Shown in pieces: positions 58,740-64,000 of a stretch of DNA of 64,000 bases. Each line of letters starts with the position of its first letter. Position 1 is the stretch's first letter. Made by a program: the position numbers and the translations under genes. The notes below the pieces were generated by a model that saw only the letters and a list, made by a program, of their open reading frames with translations, did not search any database and had not been told where the DNA came from. This DNA comes from Amphiscolops sp. MND2022 (taxonomy: Eukaryota), in NCBI GenBank assembly GCA_964187785.1, contig OZ076413.1, positions 53,754,001-53,818,000 of the forward strand, written 5' to 3'.

Positions 58740-60600
58740 AGATAAATTAATTATCAAAAGCTAAATCCAATAACTTTGTTGACTGTTTGGTATTACTTGT
58801 TTCTTTACCAGTATCTTAGATTTGACTACTTTTTCGTTGAAGTGATTGAAAATGGTCTTTGTTTTGTCACCGTTCACCATCATTTGCCATTTGGAGCACC
58901 ATTTTTCAATATTGAGACATGACCTTGTCAATTTAGTTAAATTTTCAGTGTGATCACCTTGTATCAGGAATGAATATCATCTGCAAATTTGAAAAATGGC
59001 TCCTAATATCAGAACGTCGTTCAAGTAGATGATGAACAGGATCAGTGTGAGAGCACTACCTTGCTGGACGTCAATTTGGTTTTGAAGTAAAGTTGATTCG
59101 TATTTCTCTAACTAGATGAAAGCCGCTCGTGTCGCTTGGAAAGTCTTTTTAACTTTGTTCACTTTACAATAAAGGTATAACAACGTAACTTCGTCCGCAG
59201 TCCGTGTTTACAATTGCTGTGAAACGCCTTCTGAATATCCATACGGAATAGGGCACAGGGTTTGTGCTTTTTCTTGGCTTTTTCAAAGCTGTGATGTGGT
59301 CGGTACTATATTCTGAAAGTATTCTTCTGCTTCTGAACCCCTCTTGCTCGTAGCCAATGTAGTTATTATTTCTTTTCATACGTCGGATTATGCGGTTGTT
59401 GAGATTCTTTCAAAACATTTGCCAGCGTGACTCGACAAAGTCGGAGGACTGTGAGAAAAGCAACCTTCTTTGTTCAGTTTTTGATGATGATTCCTCTAGA
59501 TTACTTCTGACTCACTCGAGACTACTATCTTCAATGGCCAGGCACCTTCAAGTCAGCATCTGTTCAGTATTTCCATGGAATTGAAAGGACTGTAACGGAG
59601 CTTTTTGCCTCATGTAGCTTTTCTACTTCAATTTTTTCCTGAAACTCTTCAGGTGCGTGCTTGTCAAAATTGCTTCATTCAATCTTTTTTTCAAATGAAA
59701 TGAATTGCTTTCCGTCAAAACGTTGTGTTTGAAGGTGTTTACCTTCAAAAAGCGTTTTCGGAATTGTGAATCTAGTTCATTTTGTTGCACTTAGTATGGC
59801 ACCAAAATCATCCTTGGTGAGATCAATTCTTCCTTCTTTGTCTTTCAAGAGCCTAGGGTAGGAAAACCAAAACATTTTCATTATCTCCAAGAGAGTTAAC
59901 AAAAGAGTTTTCCATTCAGCGGTATGCGAGTTTTTTCCGATGTGTCTTGACCTTGTCACTGGAACTTCTGCGAATCCGTTGACTCGTGTAATATGAGTTG
60001 AATCGAATTTTGTTTTCATTTCACGTAGTCCTTCACAACCAAGTGTTAACTCAGCAAGCATCCCAAAAATGTCTTTTGTGTCGACAAACAACCTAACAGT
60101 GAAGAAAGTATCCAGGAATCTCCGGAAGATTTCCTTTAAAATGTTCCCAAAGCCTCGCAGCGTCCTGATTTTCATCTTTCAACAACTCCATTTTCGACTC
60201 AGAATTTGATGTCCACGCAACTCAAACTTCCTTACCGATGCATCTCTTTTCGACCGATACTATGCACTCCCTTTCCGTAAAATGAAATGAACCGGAAAAC
60301 AGGTTTTTAAAGGCGCGTCGGTGAAGAGTTCATTCTACGGGACAGTTGAAAACGGGCAAGCGTGATTCGTTCCAAAAGTACCGATGCACACTCAAAGGTT
60401 TATAACCCTTCTCTCACATGTGCTAACATAGGTCTGTTCGCCATTGTTAAGAAGTCAAAATCATCTGCGATTTGAGCCATTCGAAGAACCAGTGTACTAG
60501 TTTTCTCATCGTCCCAGTAAAAATGACGGTATTAAAGTCACCCATGAAGATCTACTGTTTATTTTCTAAAAGTCGTAAAGGTTTTCGCAGGAATAAAGAG
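58740..60600 (-). pseudogene. Old non-LTR retrotransposon remnant (I/Jockey/CR1-group EN and RT)
   Basis: IFMGDFN and NNGEQTY (endonuclease); QEGFR, DIQKAF, DVQQGSALTLILFIYLND, KFADD, IEKWCSKWQMMVNGDKT (RT); many stops. Confidence 0.75.
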
Positions 60601-60662
60601 CTTCGTTGAGTGTCATACCTTTAGCATGACTGAGTAATTGGAACTTAATGATGCAAGAAGTC

Positions 60663-61840
60663 AAACAAGCCGGGAACGGCCAAAGTCGGCGCTATATCTA
60701 AGGCTCAAAACTGTAAAAGGGGGAACGCTTTGGGCTTTGTGAAACGCCAGTTGGTTGCAAAAAATGAAAAAAAATAAAGGGGACCCTTGGGTGATTTTAA
60801 AAAATTTCCAAAAAAAGTTCTAAAAATGAGATTTTCGAACAGTTCGAACAGTGTCACAGTGCCCAAAAATGTAAGAGAGGGGATCCTTTGGGAATGTTCG
60901 ACATCCATTGTGTTGCAAAATATCGAAACAAACGAAGGAGAGACCCTTTGGTGGAATCAAAAAAACTCGTATGGTGCCTAAAAAATCCGAGTGAAAACAC
61001 CAAAGAGGGGGATCCTATGTTTTCGAGGTTACGGACGTCGATGATTTGTTTTGGACGAGGTTCTGGCGTTTCGAGTATTTTTTGGACGTCCGTAGTCCAA
61101 GTTGATGATGCTGAACAAATAAACAAAAAAGTGGACCGATCGCGTTGAACTGACGAAAAAAAACTAGCCACTGTAAGAGTCGGGATTTTCTTCAAAAACG
61201 CCGACTAAAAAACAATGTGGTCAACGAAACAACATCACAGAACGAAATTGAGCCAAAGTACAACTGAAATTGGTTGAATTTACGGGAACAAAACAGAGAT
61301 GCCGTCGCGAAACTCCACCTGAAATATGAACTAAACCATTTTTCATAACATTGAGATTCTAATGATTATTGACTGGCCTATGTAGTTGTCATGTACAATT
61401 TCAATTATGCCTCTTTTCAAAACTAGTTCGTATAATTCACTTCCTAATCATCATCATTTTTAATGTAGTAGTAAAAAGATTGACTACAAGATAATCAGTT
61501 ATATTTTTGTACCATTTATACTTCTCTAGACGATGTAGACAAACCACCATCGTGCGTTGCAGTGAAGCAACTTGGCACAATTATTAGTCGGCACTTTTAT
61601 TAATAAAAGAGCCCGACTATTACAGTCACTCGTTTTTTTTAAATTTAAGACAGACTCGAAGCGACCAACGTTAACGTTCAGTATCTTCAACTAAAGGAAA
61701 CTAAACGAATACCCCGGAAACGCATCTAAGTTATTCCAAAGGGTCCCCCTTTGGTTTTTTATTCATAAAAACGTCCTATTGATATTTCAAATCTGCGCTT
61801 TTTCAACCTTAGATATAGCGCCGACTTTAGCCGACTTGTT
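60663..61840. mobile_element. MITE of the same TIR family as 52122-55533
   Basis: aaacaagccgggaacggccaaagtcggcgctatatctaagg at 60663, with an inverted ccttagatatagcgccgactttagccgacttgtt ending at 61840. Confidence 0.75.
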
Positions 61841-62121
61841 GTGTATTAACGCCTAAAGCGCCTATTGACACCAGTAAAAGTTTCATGTGAAATAATCACT
61901 AAAGTAGTCATGTCACGATCGTTGGTAAGAAACTCTTCGCAGGTGCAAGAGCACACACAAGAAGAAAAATGGTATTACAACGTATATTTGCTCACCACGT
62001 TCATTTTGATTTTCGATTGTCGTGTAATTTTTAGCATTCATTATACCAGAAAATTAGTCTTTCCTTTTCTTCACAGAATCTTCTCCTTTCGTTACCAATA
62101 CTAGCAACCGTAACTTCAAAC

Positions 62122-63215
62122 ATGAGTACCCAGGTTAACCATCATGGCTAATTCATGGATATTCTTGGAAAGATACCCATGATTCATGGATGATTCATGG
62201 ATGGAAACCCATGAATTATGGATGAAAATCCATGATGCCGAGGATGACCATCGATGCAAATTAATGAGAAGGTGCAGTTTTTGAACTGCCCGTTAAACTG
62301 AATACACTAGATTCGATGAATTATGAAAAGAATCATAAAAAAATCTAGTTTTTGGATTGATAAATTACGAAAATACCCTCAAAAATTATCAAAACACCTG
62401 AGAAGAGCACAAATTAGGCGGATATCATATGATTGGACATCTCTTCAAAGGAACTACTCCCAAAACAAGATTACCTGAAATAGAGAAATTATATTGAAAG
62501 ATGTCGGACCTTATAGGTTCTCCGCGTTTTCCTGCAATTCCGTCAAAAACCATCCCCAAAACCATCAAAAACCCACCTAATGCTAACGAAAATCTTACCT
62601 ATCTTGCGGCTTCAGGATGCGCGGTGCCGAAAAGCGCCCTTAATGCTACCCGGGTCATTAAGGTAACCCTGAAATTCCATTAATAGCGATAAACGACAAT
62701 AAACAACAAATAAACCTCCATTTTATGAGAACCGACATGCACAGAAATTTTGCCTAATTTGAACGAATTTTTCAACATGGCAAATCATGGATGAATCATG
62801 GATGGCAATCATGGATGAAAATCCATGAAGCGTCACTCTGCCATGAATCATCGATGTTTTTCCATGAATAAGTATAAATGTGTTGAAAAATTCATGATCA
62901 TGGATGAATATCCATGAATTAGCCATGATGGTCAACCTGGGTAACTACCGTGACGATGACCAATCTATCCTTCCCGACACTTCACCTAACTGCTTGAGAG
63001 ACGACTATCGCGCTGACTCTTTCCGTTAGTAGGAAAAAGAACACGAAAAATTGAGAACTGAGCAGAGATACAAAGAAATGAAGAGGCAAATTAGTGAGTT
63101 GACCTCTTTAGTTAAAATTCTTTCTGAATAAGTTACCTCTAGCCGAGCAAAGTCCGAGAGAAATAACTCTGCATTAAGTGAAGAGAACTGATCAAACGTT
63201 AGTACATTACGCACA
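62122..63215 (+). pseudogene. Decayed LTR-borne gag N-terminus related to element C, split by the 62129-62941 insertion
   Basis: Removing the insertion and one TA restores ATG AGT AAC...EQRYKEMKRQISELTSLVKILSE, similar to QRFTEMTRQINELTNLVLALTE; similarity ends at ...CGCACA. Confidence 0.6.
62129..62941. mobile_element. Non-autonomous TIR element, CCCAG ends with TA flanks (EnSpm/CMC-like)
   Basis: TIR CCCAGGTT(A/G)ACCATCATGGCTAATTCATGGATATTC; TA on both sides; CATGGATG subterminal repeats. Confidence 0.8.
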
Positions 63216-64000
63216 ATGTGTGATTCTGGCAGTGAGATCCTCTAAGTCACCCATTCGTTCAGATCATAGGTAAAATGTACTCAGTAGGAGGTTGTATCCA
63301 GCAGCAATCACTAGTTCATTCAAATGGTCAATATTATCTGCTTCGAGTTTTTCCGTTCTTTGGTGCCTTACTTCAGAGCGTAGTATGATTGCCGCTCCCT
63401 ATGTTATTTTTCAGGGTATTACGTATAGTCGTGAATTTGTTGAAGAGTTTCTTCTGACCTTCTATTTTCGTCTCGTTCAGAAAAATGAGTCAGATCGGTA
63501 ACCATCTAATTAGTAAGGAATAGTTTACAGTGGTTACCGGTATCACAGCTTTTTTTAAATAAACGTTATGCCTCCATTGAAAACCATGATTTTCAGCTGA
63601 AGATTCTTTCAGGCTTTGGAATCTGTTTACTTCTTGCTTCGTAGTCCATTTTGGCTCCTTTTTTTGTTCAGTGAGCATCAAGGAGCCACTTCCATTATTC
63701 CCATGACAGTTGGAGCACTTCTTCTGCTTGTTTTTGTTTTGACAATTATCTTGATTGTTTTCTTCTAGATTTCGACAATTAAAGCAACTTATATTTTTAA
63801 TATTTTTTCTCTTTGCACAAATTTGACTATAGTGTAGTAAAGCGAATGTAGAGACACCGTGTCACCCCTTCATTTATTGCTCCGCCAAGTTGCATTTGTT
63901 TGAGAAAAACATTTTTAAAGTTTGCAAAACTGTTCCGTCATCTCTCACAAAAACCTTGCTGTCACACAGGAAAACTTTCAGCTAAAGATTTCACCATTTG

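Overview
This is an AT-rich eukaryotic (animal-like) window made almost entirely of nested transposable elements. I see no rRNA, CRISPR array or confident ordinary host gene. The GT-AG introns and BEL/Pao, Mag-type Gypsy, RTE and hAT elements fit an invertebrate genome, but the species cannot be fixed from sequence alone. Main parts: (1) a BEL/Pao integrase remnant near 4.2-4.9 kb; (2) a recent 2.76-kb tandem duplication (5635-11146); (3) two decayed Mag-like Gypsy elements with LTRs and 5-bp TSDs (10824-15431 +, 18222-24082 -); (4) a 15.1-kb Gypsy element (25190-40318 -, TSD ATTAC); (5) an RTE LINE nested in a MITE, hAT and EnSpm-like non-autonomous elements, and an old LINE remnant in the last 12 kb. 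The 15-kb element is the most unusual. Its gag ORF starts 343 nt inside the LTR and reads through the PBS. Its two LTRs are 99.8% identical yet have different outer U3 ends. Its 7-kb post-integrase region carries an antisense, six-exon gene (about 1,140 aa) that appears derived from a hAT transposase lacking the first catalytic Asp. All alignments, counts and family calls were made by eye and need computational confirmation.
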